NCBI GenBank assembly: GCA_035525455.1
Contig: DATLEF010000174.1
Span: 7,254 to 71,253, forward strand
Direction: 5' to 3'
Origin: Burkholderiales bacterium
GTDB taxonomy: Bacteria; Pseudomonadota; Gammaproteobacteria; Burkholderiales; SG8-41
Length of the DNA: 64,000 bases
Part shown: one piece after another, positions 1 through 9,528 of the stretch
Numbering within the stretch: the first letter of the stretch is position 1
How the letters are laid out: every line of letters starts with the position of its first letter
Notes under the pieces: generated by a model
Told to the model about the DNA's origin: nothing
The model's input: the letters and a program-made list of their open reading frames with translations, nothing else
Databases searched by the model: none
Made by a program: the position numbers and the translations under genes

Positions 1-497
1 GCGCAGGGCCGCACAGGGCGCCGGCGGAGCCGCCTGCGGCAATGAAGCCGAAAAGCCGCTTCCCCTGTTCGCTCGCAAAGACGTCGGCCATGAACGACCA
101 GAAGACGGAAACCGCAAAGAGATTGAAGACGCTGATCCAAACGAAGAAAACACGGGCGACGTGGACTCGGCTCACGTCGAACACGAGCAGGATCCAGAAA
201 ATGACGATATTTGCGACGAAGAAATGGTAGACGAGTGGAATGAAGCGTCGACGTGGAAGGCGTGCGACGACCGCGCCGAAAAGCGGCACGGCGGCCAGCA
301 TCACGACGAAGGTTGCGCTGAAGAGCCAGTGAAGATTGCGTACTCCGCCGGCGATGCCCATTTCGTCGCGGAGCGGACGCAGCACGTAGTAGGCCGCCAG
401 CAGACAGAAGAAATAAGCGAACGACCAGGCGAGCGCGCGCACCTCGTCGGGACGCACCTGCACGAGGCGGTCGAGCCCGCGGCGCAGAACGTTCATG
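1..497 (-). CDS. MFS-type transporter of the ATP/ADP-translocase-like (TLC/Npt-like) family; 5' part only, continues beyond window start
   Basis: Absent from the ORF track because it runs off the edge. My reverse-strand translation from the ATG at 497-495 reads MNVLRRGLDRLVQVRPDEVRALAWSFAYFFCLLAAYYVLRPLRDEMGIAGG..., followed by hydrophobic TM segments. An in-frame TAG 42 nt upstream, with no alternative start between, fixes the start. Confidence 0.6.
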
Positions 498-543
498 CTT
501 TGACGGCTCGATGCGGACTTCTGCGGCCCACGGATCTACTCAG

Positions 544-568
544 AAAAAAGGGCGCTCGAGGCGCCCTT
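544..568 (-). terminator. Rho-independent terminator downstream of the 589-825 gene
   Basis: GC hairpin gggcgc-tcgag-gcgccc (550-566), followed on the minus strand by a T6 run (complement of A544-A549), about 20 nt after the stop codon. Confidence 0.75.
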
Positions 569-588
569 TGTGCTTAGTAAAGTCTCAC

Positions 589-825
589 TTAATTCTTTTC
601 GGCTCTGGCAGCCCGCTTCGCCTTCTTCGGTTCGTCCTTCGGCATATCGGCCTTCGCCTCAGCCTTTGCTTCGGCTTTCATTTCGGCTTTGGTCGGGGCC
701 TTCGGTGCATCTTTTTTCATTTCATCTTTTTTCATTTCGTCTTTCTTCATCGCGTCAGCGGCATATGCGCCGGCGAACGCTACGGACATGAACCCCGCAA
801 CGACTGCAATCAGCAGCTTCTTCAT
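589..825 (-). CDS. small secreted Lys/Glu/Ala-rich repeat protein (pentapeptide MXKDX-repeat type)
   Basis: 78-aa ORF. Signal peptide MKKLLIAVVAGFMSVAFAGAYA/AD, tandem (A/E)MKKD units and then AEAK repeats. It has its own intrinsic terminator. Confidence 0.75.
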   Translation of the reverse strand: MKKLLIAVVAGFMSVAFAGAYAADAMKKDEMKKDEMKKDAPKAPTKAEMKAEAKAEAKADMPKDEPKKAKRAARAEKN

Positions 826-932
826 TATGAAACCTCCCTGTAGGTTTAACGGCTTGACGCCGAGCGCAAGACTACCACCGGCGTCCGCGAAGCGCTATAC
901 CAAGTGCATATCCGGGGACACGGCCGAAGCAA

Positions 933-1691
933 TCAGGAGCCGCTGTACCAGTTGTATCCCTGGTCTTCCCAATAGCCGCCCGGATAGTCGTTGGTCACGA
1001 AGAGGGCCGTGATGTGCTTCGGGTTCTTGAAACCGAGCTTCGTGGGCATTCTGAGCTTCATCGGGAAGCCGTACTGCGGCGGCAGTATCGCATCGCCGAA
1101 GCGCAGCGTGAGCTGCGTCTGAGGATGCAGCGCCGTAGCCATGTCGATGCTGGTGGAATAGTCGTCCGCGCATTTGAAACCGACGTAGCGCGCCGTCGTA
1201 TCCGCGCCGATGCGCTCGAGGAAGTCACGGAAGCGCACGCCGCTCCACTTGCCGATCGCGCTCCAGCCTTCGACGCAGATGTGACGCGTGATCTGGGTCG
1301 TCTGCGGGAGCGCATAGAGCTCGGGCAGCGTCCACGGCTTTTTCTCCCGCACAAGGCCTGAAACTTCCAGACGGTACGAAGCGCCGTCGACTTTCCGCAC
1401 TTCCTCGATGCCGTAGTATGCGTTGAAAGGAAAAGGCCGCGTGATCTTGCTTTCAGGAAACTCGGGCGCGAGGCGATTGGGATCGAACAGCCAGTCCTGC
1501 GCCCGGTCATTCCAGCGCGACATCGTCCAAAGTACTTTCTGCACCGATTCCTGGTTCGTGACGTCGCATCCGGCGAGAAGCGTGAGCGCGCCGAGGCTCA
1601 GCCCCCGCTTGAGGAAAAGCCGCCGCTCGATGCGGGCGATCTGCGGCCGCGAAAAATCGTCGAGGCTCGATGCCATGGTTTTACGCTTCAT
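933..1691 (-). CDS. molybdopterin-dependent oxidoreductase (sulfite-oxidase fold, YedY/MsrP-like catalytic subunit), Tat-exported
   Basis: 252 aa. Twin-arginine leader (IERRLFLKRGLSLGALTLLAGC). Oxidoreductase molybdopterin-binding motifs (ITRHICVEGWS, YGFPMKLR). RBS GGGGGAAAG upstream. Located 32 nt downstream of a cytochrome b gene. Confidence 0.85.
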   Translation of the reverse strand: MKRKTMASSLDDFSRPQIARIERRLFLKRGLSLGALTLLAGCDVTNQESVQKVLWTMSRWNDRAQDWLFDPNRLAPEFPESKITRPFPFNAYYGIEEVRKVDGASYRLEVSGLVREKKPWTLPELYALPQTTQITRHICVEGWSAIGKWSGVRFRDFLERIGADTTARYVGFKCADDYSTSIDMATALHPQTQLTLRFGDAILPPQYGFPMKLRMPTKLGFKNPKHITALFVTNDYPGGYWEDQGYNWYSGS

Positions 1692-1723
1692 ACGGCTTTC
1701 CCCCGTTTGATCTCACGATGCAT

Positions 1724-2338
1724 TCAGTTGCCCGTCTTGATGCGGCCGGTGATCATCGACGGAAAAGTCCGCGGCACGAGCACGACCATCAGTACGTGAA
1801 CGAACACGAAAAATACGAGCGCAGCCATTGCGAAAAAATGCACGTAGCGCGCACCTTCGTAATCGCCCATCAGCATGCCCAGCGTATGGAACTGCACCGG
1901 CTTCCAGATCACGAGGCCGGAAAGCACGAGCACGACGAGCAGCACGATAACGCCAAGATAGGCCGCGCGCTGCGCCGCGTTGTAAACAGTGAGATCGGCA
2001 TGCGCGAGGCGCCCGCGGAACGCGCTCGCGATGTCGCGAAAAACCGCGCCCGGGGTAAGCGGCAGGAGCTTGCGCTTGAGATGGCCCGAGACGATGCCGT
2101 ACGCGAGGTAGGCGAGTCCGTTCAGCGCGAGCAGCCACATCGCTGCGAAGTGCCATTGCAGCGCGCCCGCAAGCCACCCTCCGAGCGTCCATCCGGCCGG
2201 AAACTTGAAAGCAAAAAGCGGATCCGCGTTATAGATGCGCCAGCCGGACACCACCATGATCAGGATTGCGAGCGCGTTGATCCAGTGCGTCAGCCGCACG
2301 ATGAGCGGGTGAACTTTCACGTACTGCGACACACGCAC
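1724..2338 (-). CDS. membrane cytochrome b subunit (Ni-hydrogenase-cytb/b561-like) partner of the Moco oxidoreductase
   Basis: 204 aa with multiple TM helices and conserved His residues (RLTHWINALAI, YVHFFAMAAL). GTG start at 2338. A second GTG at 2332 lies 5 nt after GGAGG and may be the true start. Confidence 0.8.
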   Translation of the reverse strand: MRVSQYVKVHPLIVRLTHWINALAILIMVVSGWRIYNADPLFAFKFPAGWTLGGWLAGALQWHFAAMWLLALNGLAYLAYGIVSGHLKRKLLPLTPGAVFRDIASAFRGRLAHADLTVYNAAQRAAYLGVIVLLVVLVLSGLVIWKPVQFHTLGMLMGDYEGARYVHFFAMAALVFFVFVHVLMVVLVPRTFPSMITGRIKTGN

Positions 2339-2474
2339 CTCCGGTGATCACTCTGCCTGGGGTAGTCGCCCCCGGCGGCGGAACCTTACACGCCGGGTCC
2401 CCGCGCGGAAACCACGCTGAAATCGGGCACGGCGCGTGCAGCGTACAGAGGAAGGACTCACAGTCTAACCCATC

Positions 2475-2798
2475 ATGAAAACTATTCTTCGTACCGGCGT
2501 GCTCGTCATGTGCATCGCGTTCAGCGCGTGTGCCGAAATGCGCTGGACCAAGCCGGGCGCGGACGTAAACCAGGCATCACGCGATCTCGATGCGTGCCGG
2601 GGCGCGGCGCTGCAGCGTTCAGGACCGCGCGGGGTGGGAGCAGCAGCAGGCGCGGAGATGCAAGGCACGATCGAGCGCGGGACCATCGCCCCGAGCACGC
2701 GAGCCGCCGGCACTTCCGACGATCGTTTCATCGCAGACCACGAAGAAGTCCGCACCTGTATGCTACAACGCGGTTATCAGCTGCGCCCTGCCGCCTGA
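2475..2798 (+). CDS. hypothetical lipoprotein
   Basis: 107 aa. Signal peptide with lipobox (LVMCIAFSAC). No recognisable domain. Confidence 0.55.
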   Translation: MKTILRTGVLVMCIAFSACAEMRWTKPGADVNQASRDLDACRGAALQRSGPRGVGAAAGAEMQGTIERGTIAPSTRAAGTSDDRFIADHEEVRTCMLQRGYQLRPAA

Positions 2799-2893
2799 TC
2801 TTCGCTGAAACTCGGACTGTGCCAAACTTCGGCGGCGGCCGATGATATGATCGTCAGTCGCGCTTTTACGCGCGATGATCCACGCGCGCTCCA

Positions 2894-3829
2894 ATGACTT
2901 TGCACTCGCTGCTATATACGCGCCGTGAGGCTTTGAAGACGCTTGCCTGCGCGCTCGCAATCGCAAGCCCTGCATTTTCGGCAGCACCTGTGAGGACCCA
3001 CGCCATGTCGACGCGACCAATTCCCCGCAGCGGCGAGCCGTTGCCCCTCGTCGGGGTCGGCACCTGGCAGACTTTCGACGTGAGCGCCACTGCGCCGGAA
3101 CGCGCCGAGCTGAAGGACGTGCTGCGTCTGCTCGTCGAGCGCGGCGGGAAGATCGTCGATTCGTCTCCGATGTACGGGCAGGCCGAACGCGTCGTCGGCG
3201 ACCTCACCTCCGAGCTCCGACTGCGCGACTCGCTTTTCTTTGCCACGAAAGTCTGGACGAGTGGACGCGACGCGGGGATACGCCAGATGGAACAGTCGTT
3301 CCGGCTCATGCGCACGGACCGCATGGACCTCATGCAGATCCACAATCTCGTCGACGTGGAGACGCATACGCAAACGTTGCGCGACTGGAAAAGCGCCGGG
3401 CGCATACGCTATCTCGGCATCACGCATTATCATGCGGGTGCCTACCGCGATCTCGAGCGGCTGGTGAAAAGCGGGCAGTACGACTTCGTGCAATTCAATT
3501 TCTCGATGGCCGAGCGGGACGCCGAGGCGGTGCTTCTGCCGGTCTGCGCGGACGCCGGCGTCGCGGTGATCATCAACCGGCCTTTCGGCGAAGGCCGCCT
3601 TTTCGGGCGCTCGAAAGGCAAGGATTTGCCGCCGTGGGCAGCGGACTTCGACTGCGCGAGCTGGGCTCAGTTTTTTCTGAAATGGATACTGGGGCATTCC
3701 GCAGTCACCTGCGTGATTCCGGGCACAAGCCGCCGCGCGCATCTGGAAGATAATGTGCAGGCGGGCATGGGCCGGTTGCCCGACGCAGCGCTGCGCCGGC
3801 GCATGCTCACCTACTTTCAGCAGTTATAA
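2894..3829 (+). CDS. aldo/keto reductase, probably periplasmic (Tat-like leader)
   Basis: 311 aa. Leader YTRREALKTLACALAIASPAFSA. AKR motifs (GVGTWQTF, DSSPMYG, IRYLGITHY, VIPGTSRRAHLEDN). Confidence 0.85.
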   Translation: MTLHSLLYTRREALKTLACALAIASPAFSAAPVRTHAMSTRPIPRSGEPLPLVGVGTWQTFDVSATAPERAELKDVLRLLVERGGKIVDSSPMYGQAERVVGDLTSELRLRDSLFFATKVWTSGRDAGIRQMEQSFRLMRTDRMDLMQIHNLVDVETHTQTLRDWKSAGRIRYLGITHYHAGAYRDLERLVKSGQYDFVQFNFSMAERDAEAVLLPVCADAGVAVIINRPFGEGRLFGRSKGKDLPPWAADFDCASWAQFFLKWILGHSAVTCVIPGTSRRAHLEDNVQAGMGRLPDAALRRRMLTYFQQL

Positions 3830-3840
3830 CTATTGCCACG

Positions 3841-4896
3841 ATGAGCTTTCTTTCCCCGCTACTGCTGTGGCTGCTCCTGGCGGCGCCGCTGCTCGTCGGC
3901 GTGTATGTGCTGCTCCTGAGACGCAAGAAGCTCGCGGCGCTGCGCTATCCGAGCCTGGGACTCATCCAGGCGGCGCTGGCGCCGGGGCATCGGCTGAAGC
4001 GGCACGTGCCGCCGCTGCTGCTGCTCCTCGCGGTCGTCGCGCTGCTCATTGCGACCGCGCGTCCCACCGCATCCATTACCCTGCCCTCCGAAGAGCGCAC
4101 GATCGTGCTTGCCATCGACGTGTCGCTCAGCATGCGTCTTACCGACGTCGAACCCAGTCGTATTGCAGCCGCTCAGGAAGCGGCCAAAGCGTTCGTCGAG
4201 GCGCAGCCGCCCGACGTGCGCATCGGGATCGTCTCCTTTGCCGGCACCGCGTTGCTCGTGCAATCGCCTACGCACAACCGCGACGACCTGATCGTGGCGA
4301 TCGAGCGCCTCGACCTGCAGCGTCACACGGCGATCGGCAGCGGTCTCATCATGGCGCTGGCGACGATATTTCCGGACGCCGGAATCGATCTGGAGTCGAT
4401 GATATTCGGAATACAGTCGCGCACCGCAAAGCGCGGAGTGCCGCTGGAAAGTGCAGGCAAGGCGGAGCCGAAACCCTTCACACCGGTGCCGCCCGGGTCC
4501 TACGCTTCAGCTGCGATCATTCTTCTGAGCGATGGACGCCGCACGACGGGGCCCGATCCGATCGATGCCGCCAAAATGGCCGCGGATCGCGGAGTACGCG
4601 TGTTCACTGTCGGTCTGGGCAGCACGCAGGGCAGCACGGCAGGCGGGTTCGAAGGCTGGTCCATCTACACGCGCTTCGATGAGGAGACGCTGAAGACGAT
4701 CGCGGAGATAACACGCGGCTTATATTTCTCGGCGGGATCGGCCGCCGAGCTGAAGAAAGTCTATCAGGAGCTCAATACGCGCTTCACGATGGAGAAAAAG
4801 CAGACCGAGGTCGGCGCATTCTTTGCCGCGGTCGCTGCCGTTTTCGCGCTTGCGGCTGCGGGATTTTCGCTCGTGTGGTTCAACCGGCTCGGCTGA
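3841..4896 (+). CDS. VWA domain-containing membrane protein (BatA-like)
   Basis: 351 aa. N- and C-terminal TM helices. MIDAS-type motif LAIDVSLSM. von Willebrand A fold motifs (ILLSDGRRTTG). Confidence 0.8.
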   Translation: MSFLSPLLLWLLLAAPLLVGVYVLLLRRKKLAALRYPSLGLIQAALAPGHRLKRHVPPLLLLLAVVALLIATARPTASITLPSEERTIVLAIDVSLSMRLTDVEPSRIAAAQEAAKAFVEAQPPDVRIGIVSFAGTALLVQSPTHNRDDLIVAIERLDLQRHTAIGSGLIMALATIFPDAGIDLESMIFGIQSRTAKRGVPLESAGKAEPKPFTPVPPGSYASAAIILLSDGRRTTGPDPIDAAKMAADRGVRVFTVGLGSTQGSTAGGFEGWSIYTRFDEETLKTIAEITRGLYFSAGSAAELKKVYQELNTRFTMEKKQTEVGAFFAAVAAVFALAAAGFSLVWFNRLG

Positions 4897-4910
4897 GCTT
4901 TGCGAGCGGA

Positions 4911-5633
4911 TCAGGCTCCCAGCTGATCGGCGAGATCGAGGAAATTTTCGGCATTCACCGTGAAGTCCGCTTCCGGCTCGAGATCCGGGTTCTTGTTGCG
5001 CCCATACTCGTGCGGGCGCTTGATGAACGCCGTTTTGAGACCATTCTGGGCAGCAGCCCGCAAGTCGTGCTTGTGTGATGCGACCATCATCACCTCACCC
5101 GGCTTGAGATTCAGCGCATCGGCCGCGCCGAGATACATCTCCGGGTCCGGTTTGAAATGGCGGAAGGTTTCCGACGAAAAGATACAGTCCCACGGCAACC
5201 CGCCCTGCTTGGCCATGTTCACGAGCAGGCCGGTATTGCCATTCGAAAGCGTCGTAATGATGTAGCGCTGCTTGAGGCGCTTCAGCCCGCGCGCCGCGTC
5301 CGGCCAGGGCTTCAGCCGATGCCACACGAGATTCAGATGAACTTTCTCGTCCTCGGTCAGGGCGTCCGCAATCTTGTACTGTGTGAGCAGCCCGTCGAGG
5401 ATCATCCGGTGCAGCACGTCGATTTTCGTCCAGGTTAATTCGCCGCTGCGCACGCGATCCATGGCTGGCCTGTAACCCGCGCGCCAGGCTTTGGTGAATT
5501 TGACGGCGTTCACGCGCAACCCTTTGGCTGCCGCCAGAGCGCGCACCTCGCGCGCGACGCTGCCGTGCCAATCGACGACGGTCCCGAATACGTCGAAGGC
5601 GAGCGCTTTGATATCGGCAGGTTCGTTGGGCAT
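4911..5633 (-). CDS. haloacid dehalogenase type II (HAD superfamily)
   Basis: The track ORF (315 aa) was trimmed to the internal ATG at 5633, which is preceded by GAGGAG. N-terminus MPNEPADIKALAFDVFGTVVDW carries the HAD nucleophile motif. The C-terminus matches the L-2-haloacid dehalogenase pattern (SSETFRHFKPDP, ASHKHDLRAA). Confidence 0.85.
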   Translation of the reverse strand: MPNEPADIKALAFDVFGTVVDWHGSVAREVRALAAAKGLRVNAVKFTKAWRAGYRPAMDRVRSGELTWTKIDVLHRMILDGLLTQYKIADALTEDEKVHLNLVWHRLKPWPDAARGLKRLKQRYIITTLSNGNTGLLVNMAKQGGLPWDCIFSSETFRHFKPDPEMYLGAADALNLKPGEVMMVASHKHDLRAAAQNGLKTAFIKRPHEYGRNKNPDLEPEADFTVNAENFLDLADQLGA

Positions 5634-5929
5634 GGCTAGCTCCTCGTTACGGCCGCTCTCGGACTTGGCGCCGGCGCGTTGCAGCGCACGCGAAGCATAG
5701 CGCGTAACGCGGTGCATTCGGGTGCAGACCTGGCGTAGCCCTTGCGGCATCACCCCGTTATACTGCTCGCCAGTACCTGGTGAGACGTGCACGGACTCTT
5801 CGAAAATAGTTCCCGAAAAGGTCGAAAAAACGCGCCGGTGAGCACGCAAAATTCCCACGCGAATCAGGAACTTTCAGGCCCTTGGGTTGCTCTGTGTTCT
5901 GTTGTCTGGCCCCCGAGGAGAATACAAAG

Positions 5930-6820
5930 ATGGTGAGGAGTTTGCGCGCTGCCCGTATAGGGGCGGCTTTCATACTGGTTGCGATGGTCGCAGCCTGCAG
6001 CTTTACGCGTTTCGGCTATAACCAGGCGGACACCATCGTGTCATGGATGGTGAACGATTATTTCGACCTGGATCCCCAGCAAAAGCAGGATTTCCAGAAG
6101 CGCTTCGACCGCCTGTACACCTGGCACCGCCAGGAGCAGCTGCCCGAATACGCCGCGTTCATGAATACCGCGCGCTCGCGTGTGCAGCAGGGGCTCACGC
6201 GGGAAGACGTGCTGTGGTTTGTCGACAATCTGAGAAGCCGCGTGCGCATGACGGCCCGCAAAGCAGGCCCTGACGCGGCGGCGTTGCTCGCGACGCTCAC
6301 ACCCGCGCAGATCGAGAACCTGCAGCGCAAGTGGGACAAGGACAACGCGAAGTACGTGAAGGAACACAAGGTCAAAGGCACGCCGGACGAGCGTAACGAC
6401 GCCGAAGCGCGCCGCGTCATTAAGCATTTCAAGGAATGGCTGACCCCGCTCAACAGTGACCAGGAGCAGCGTGTGGTCGCTCTGGTGCGCGGCCTGCCGC
6501 AGATCGAGCAGTTCCGTTACGCGGAGCGGCTGCGCCGCCAGAAAGAATTCATGAATGTGCTCGCCCAGCGCGGGGAAGACCGCGAGCGCTTCACTGCGCG
6601 CGTAACGGAATGGCTGGCGAATTGGGACAAAGGCCGCAGCGCCGACGATCAGAAGCGGCTCGACGCGTGGTGGGCGAAGCGCGCTGACGTGTTCGTAGCG
6701 ATGGAGCGCATGATGATGCCGGACCAGCGTATCGTTGCTCTGCAGCGCATGCAGAACTATATCGACGACTTTACCCAGCTGGCCGGCCGCGCAGACGGCG
6801 GCTATACCGCCGCGCGATAG
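5930..6820 (+). CDS. lipoprotein, DUF6279-like (family assignment from memory)
   Basis: ATG at 5930 preceded by GAGGAG. Signal peptide and lipobox (AFILVAMVAAC). Helical, Arg/Gln-rich body. Confidence 0.65.
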   Translation: MVRSLRAARIGAAFILVAMVAACSFTRFGYNQADTIVSWMVNDYFDLDPQQKQDFQKRFDRLYTWHRQEQLPEYAAFMNTARSRVQQGLTREDVLWFVDNLRSRVRMTARKAGPDAAALLATLTPAQIENLQRKWDKDNAKYVKEHKVKGTPDERNDAEARRVIKHFKEWLTPLNSDQEQRVVALVRGLPQIEQFRYAERLRRQKEFMNVLAQRGEDRERFTARVTEWLANWDKGRSADDQKRLDAWWAKRADVFVAMERMMMPDQRIVALQRMQNYIDDFTQLAGRADGGYTAAR

Positions 6821-6916
6821 CCCTACCACGACAGCCGCCCGCGCCTCTGACTTGGGGACCGGCGGCTAGCGGCGAGAGGCGCGGATTAGAATACGGCCGG
6901 CTCAAAGGCCTGCCGT

Positions 6917-8074
6917 ATGCCTCGTTATCCCGGACCCATACATTCGAAACTGCCTCACGTCGGCACGACGATTTTCACCGTCATGTCGCGGCTCGCTGCC
7001 GAGCACGGCGCGATCAATCTCTCGCAAGGCTTTCCAGATTTCGACTGTGCGCCCGAGCTGCGCGCCCTGGTTACGAAATATCTCAACGCCGGCCTCAATC
7101 AGTATCCGCCGATGGCCGGCATTGCGGGCCTGCGCGAAGCGATCGCCGCGAAAGCCGAAGCGCTCTACGGGGCCGTCTACGACCCCGAGCACGAAATCAC
7201 CGTCACGCCGGGCGCGACGTACGGAATCTACACCGCCGTCGCCGCGATGGTGCGTCCCGGCGACGAAGTCATACTGTTCGAGCCGGCGTACGACAGTTAC
7301 GCTCCTGCGGTCGAAGTGAGCGGCGGCACGCCCGTATATATCCAGCTCACCTATCCTGATTACGCGATTCCCTGGCAGGCCGTGCAGCAGGCGCTCACGC
7401 CGCGCACGCGCTTGATCATCCTCAACACGCCGAACAATCCCACGGCGAGTGTGCTCTCGGCCGAAGACCAGCGCATGCTCGAAGGTATGCTGCGCGACAC
7501 CAACGTCGTAGTCGTCAGCGACGAGGTTTACGAGCACATCGTGTTCGACGGGCACGTGCACCAGAGCGTCGCGCGCTTCCCCGGCCTTGCCGAACGCAGC
7601 TTCGTCGTGTCTTCGTTCGGCAAGACGTACCACGTGACCGGCTGGAAGATGGGCTACGCGCTGGCGCCGCGCGAGCTCATGACCGAGTTTCGTAAAGTGC
7701 ATCAGTTCAATGCGTTCGCTACGAACGGCCCTCTGCAGTACGCCTTCGCCGAATACATGCAGGACAAGGATGCCTACCTCGGCCTCGCGGAGTTCTACCA
7801 GCGTAAGCGTGATTACTTCCTGGAGGGCGTCAGCGGGTCGCGGTGGAAACCCCTGCGGTCACGCGGAACTTTTTTTCAGAATTTGTGCTACGACGCAATC
7901 AGCGACGAGCGCGATACCGATCTCGCAGTGCGCCTGATACGCGAGCACGGGATCGCCTCGATTCCGGTCTCGGTGTTTTATCGGGAAGCACCGGAGCACA
8001 AAGTGCTCCGGTTCTGTTTCGCGAAATCCGAAGCAACGCTCGCCAAAGGCACCGAAGTCCTCAGCCGCTTGTAA
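6917..8074 (+). CDS. PLP-dependent aminotransferase, class I/II (methionine aminotransferase YbdL-like)
   Basis: 385 aa. INLSQGFPDF, YPPMAGI, LNTPNNPT and SSFGKTYHVTGWKMGY (PLP-lysine region). Confidence 0.85.
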   Translation: MPRYPGPIHSKLPHVGTTIFTVMSRLAAEHGAINLSQGFPDFDCAPELRALVTKYLNAGLNQYPPMAGIAGLREAIAAKAEALYGAVYDPEHEITVTPGATYGIYTAVAAMVRPGDEVILFEPAYDSYAPAVEVSGGTPVYIQLTYPDYAIPWQAVQQALTPRTRLIILNTPNNPTASVLSAEDQRMLEGMLRDTNVVVVSDEVYEHIVFDGHVHQSVARFPGLAERSFVVSSFGKTYHVTGWKMGYALAPRELMTEFRKVHQFNAFATNGPLQYAFAEYMQDKDAYLGLAEFYQRKRDYFLEGVSGSRWKPLRSRGTFFQNLCYDAISDERDTDLAVRLIREHGIASIPVSVFYREAPEHKVLRFCFAKSEATLAKGTEVLSRL

Positions 8075-8100
8075 CGAGCGTCGAATCGACGCGTTCGGCT

Positions 8101-8535
8101 TTAGTGCACGATGGCTTTGCGCGCCGGCACATCAGCGCTCGTATGCATCCAGCCGAAGTACGCCGCCGCGATCGCCGTCAAAGCGTGCAGCCACACGTCA
8201 TGCCCGTGGATGGGGGCGAGTCCGAAGAGCGTGCCCATGCCGGGGATGAGGCCCATCACCGCAAGAACGCCATAAAGAATCGCGAGCGTTCTCGAATACA
8301 TGCGCGCCCCGGCCATCGATCGGGCCGCGGCGATACCCCACGCCCCGATCGCCAGATGCACGAGGTTGTGCGTGAGATTCACCGGGAAAAGCCCCAGCAG
8401 ATAGCCGTAGAACGCCGTGATCGTAAGGCCGGGCGCATCGCCGGGCGGTGCAAAGAGCAGCGGCGGAACGAACCCCAGAATGCCGGCAGCCAGATAGGCA
8501 ATCCCTGCGATCAGCGCAAAGTTGCGTGTCGTCAT
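8101..8535 (-). CDS. DUF4383 family membrane protein
   Basis: The track ORF was trimmed to the ATG at 8535, preceded by AAGGAG. 144 aa with 4 predicted TM helices (MTTRNFALIAGIAYLAAGILGFVPP...). Confidence 0.7.
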   Translation of the reverse strand: MTTRNFALIAGIAYLAAGILGFVPPLLFAPPGDAPGLTITAFYGYLLGLFPVNLTHNLVHLAIGAWGIAAARSMAGARMYSRTLAILYGVLAVMGLIPGMGTLFGLAPIHGHDVWLHALTAIAAAYFGWMHTSADVPARKAIVH

Positions 8536-8670
8536 GACAATCTCCTTGGAGGCGGGGCACCGAGCCCCGCTCATGCGGCCTTCTTTTGCATATCGCGTGC
8601 CGGAACCCAGCGAAAACCAATACCGGGAACGGGCATTGCATTGGAAAGGGAGTGCTCTATCGGAGACTGT

Positions 8671-8949
8671 ATGGCGGCAACCGCAATACCGCTCATCGCC
8701 GTTTCGGCCCTCGTTCTCGCAGCCTGCGATTTTTCGCAAACGAAGCCCGAAACGACGCTGATGCGTCCAGGCACCTCGGCATTACGGGAGGCGCCGGCGC
8801 ATCCGCTCGCGATGCGTGTAGCGCCAGGCGGCATGCAGGAACCGACAGATATGCAGGGCGGCACGCCGGGCGAGTCACGGCCAGGCGCTGAAAGAAGCAT
8901 CCGTCTCGACGGCCCCGGCGTCAGCAGCAAACTGCAGATCCGTATTTAA
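8671..8949 (+). CDS. putative small lipoprotein (hypothetical)
   Basis: This is the tail of a long spurious ORF. ATG at 8671 lies 5 nt after GGAG. Signal plus lipobox MAATAIPLIAVSALVLAAC. No homolog recognised. Confidence 0.4.
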   Translation: MAATAIPLIAVSALVLAACDFSQTKPETTLMRPGTSALREAPAHPLAMRVAPGGMQEPTDMQGGTPGESRPGAERSIRLDGPGVSSKLQIRI

Positions 8950-8970
8950 GCGAACTTCAAGGAGACCAGC

Positions 8971-9516
8971 ATGAACTTCAGAAATTGCATCAGCATAGGC
9001 GTTGCCGCGGCGGCCTTGGGGCTCGCCGCCTGCGCCGAGACGCCGTACACGCCTTCGAATTACCCGGTATCGCAATATCCACAATATCCGCAATATCCAG
9101 GCACGACTTATCCGGGCTTTCCGACGGCGCAGTACCCGAGCACGACCTACCCGCCCGTAGGCTATAACTTCGGCTACGTCGAATCGGTGGAAGTGGTCGC
9201 CGGTGCGCCCGCAGCGCGTTCAGGCCCCGGCATTGGCGCCATCGGCGGTGCGATCGCCGGCGGTGTACTGGGTAACCAGGTCGGGCACGGTCTTGGCCGC
9301 GGGGCAGCCACTGTCGGCGGCGCGGTCGCCGGTGGCGTGATAGGTAACGAGATCGAAAAACGCGTCGAGAACCGCGGTGCCATCGCGGGCAGCGCCTATC
9401 GCTTCCGCGTGCGCATGGACGACGGTTCGTACCAAACCGTCACCCAGGAAGACCACCAGAATATCCGCGTGGGCGACCGCGTCCGCATCGATAACGGCCG
9501 GGTCTATTCGTCATAA
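8971..9516 (+). CDS. glycine-zipper (2TM) outer-membrane lipoprotein, SlyB / 17-kDa-antigen-like
   Basis: 181 aa. Lipobox ALGLAAC. A Pro/Tyr/Gln-rich linker (YPQYPQYPGTTYP). Glycine zipper GIGAIGGAIAGGVLG...GGAVAGGVIG. C-terminal beta domain. Confidence 0.8.
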   Translation: MNFRNCISIGVAAAALGLAACAETPYTPSNYPVSQYPQYPQYPGTTYPGFPTAQYPSTTYPPVGYNFGYVESVEVVAGAPAARSGPGIGAIGGAIAGGVLGNQVGHGLGRGAATVGGAVAGGVIGNEIEKRVENRGAIAGSAYRFRVRMDDGSYQTVTQEDHQNIRVGDRVRIDNGRVYSS

Positions 9517-9528
9517 CCGGTGTTGCTT

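Noticed and set aside
2339-2474. 136-nt 5' leader upstream of the cytochrome b / Moco-oxidoreductase operon, considered as a possible Moco riboswitch
   Set aside because: I could not recognise the conserved Moco-motif core by eye. A covariance-model scan (Rfam Moco RNA motif) would be needed, so it is not reported as a feature.
3753-4682. 309-aa plus-strand ORF overlapping the VWA gene in another frame, and similar shadow ORFs throughout (e.g. 6041-6829, 6902-7702, 13678-14484, 18412-19563, 33736-34902, 41827-42981, 52147-53415)
   Set aside because: Alternative-frame or antisense ORFs with Arg/Ala/Gly/Pro-biased composition expected from high GC. Each overlaps a gene with clear family motifs.
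8078-8092. Small hairpin gcgtcg-aat-cgacgc between convergent aminotransferase and DUF4383 genes
   Set aside because: Only a 6-bp stem with no flanking T/A runs. It could help termination but is too weak to annotate.
7843-8949. 368-aa plus-strand ORF spanning the aminotransferase 3' end, the DUF4383 gene and beyond
   Set aside because: Arg-rich nonsense composition that overlaps two well-supported genes. Only its last 92 codons (8671-8949, with RBS and lipoprotein signal) were kept, as a low-confidence CDS.
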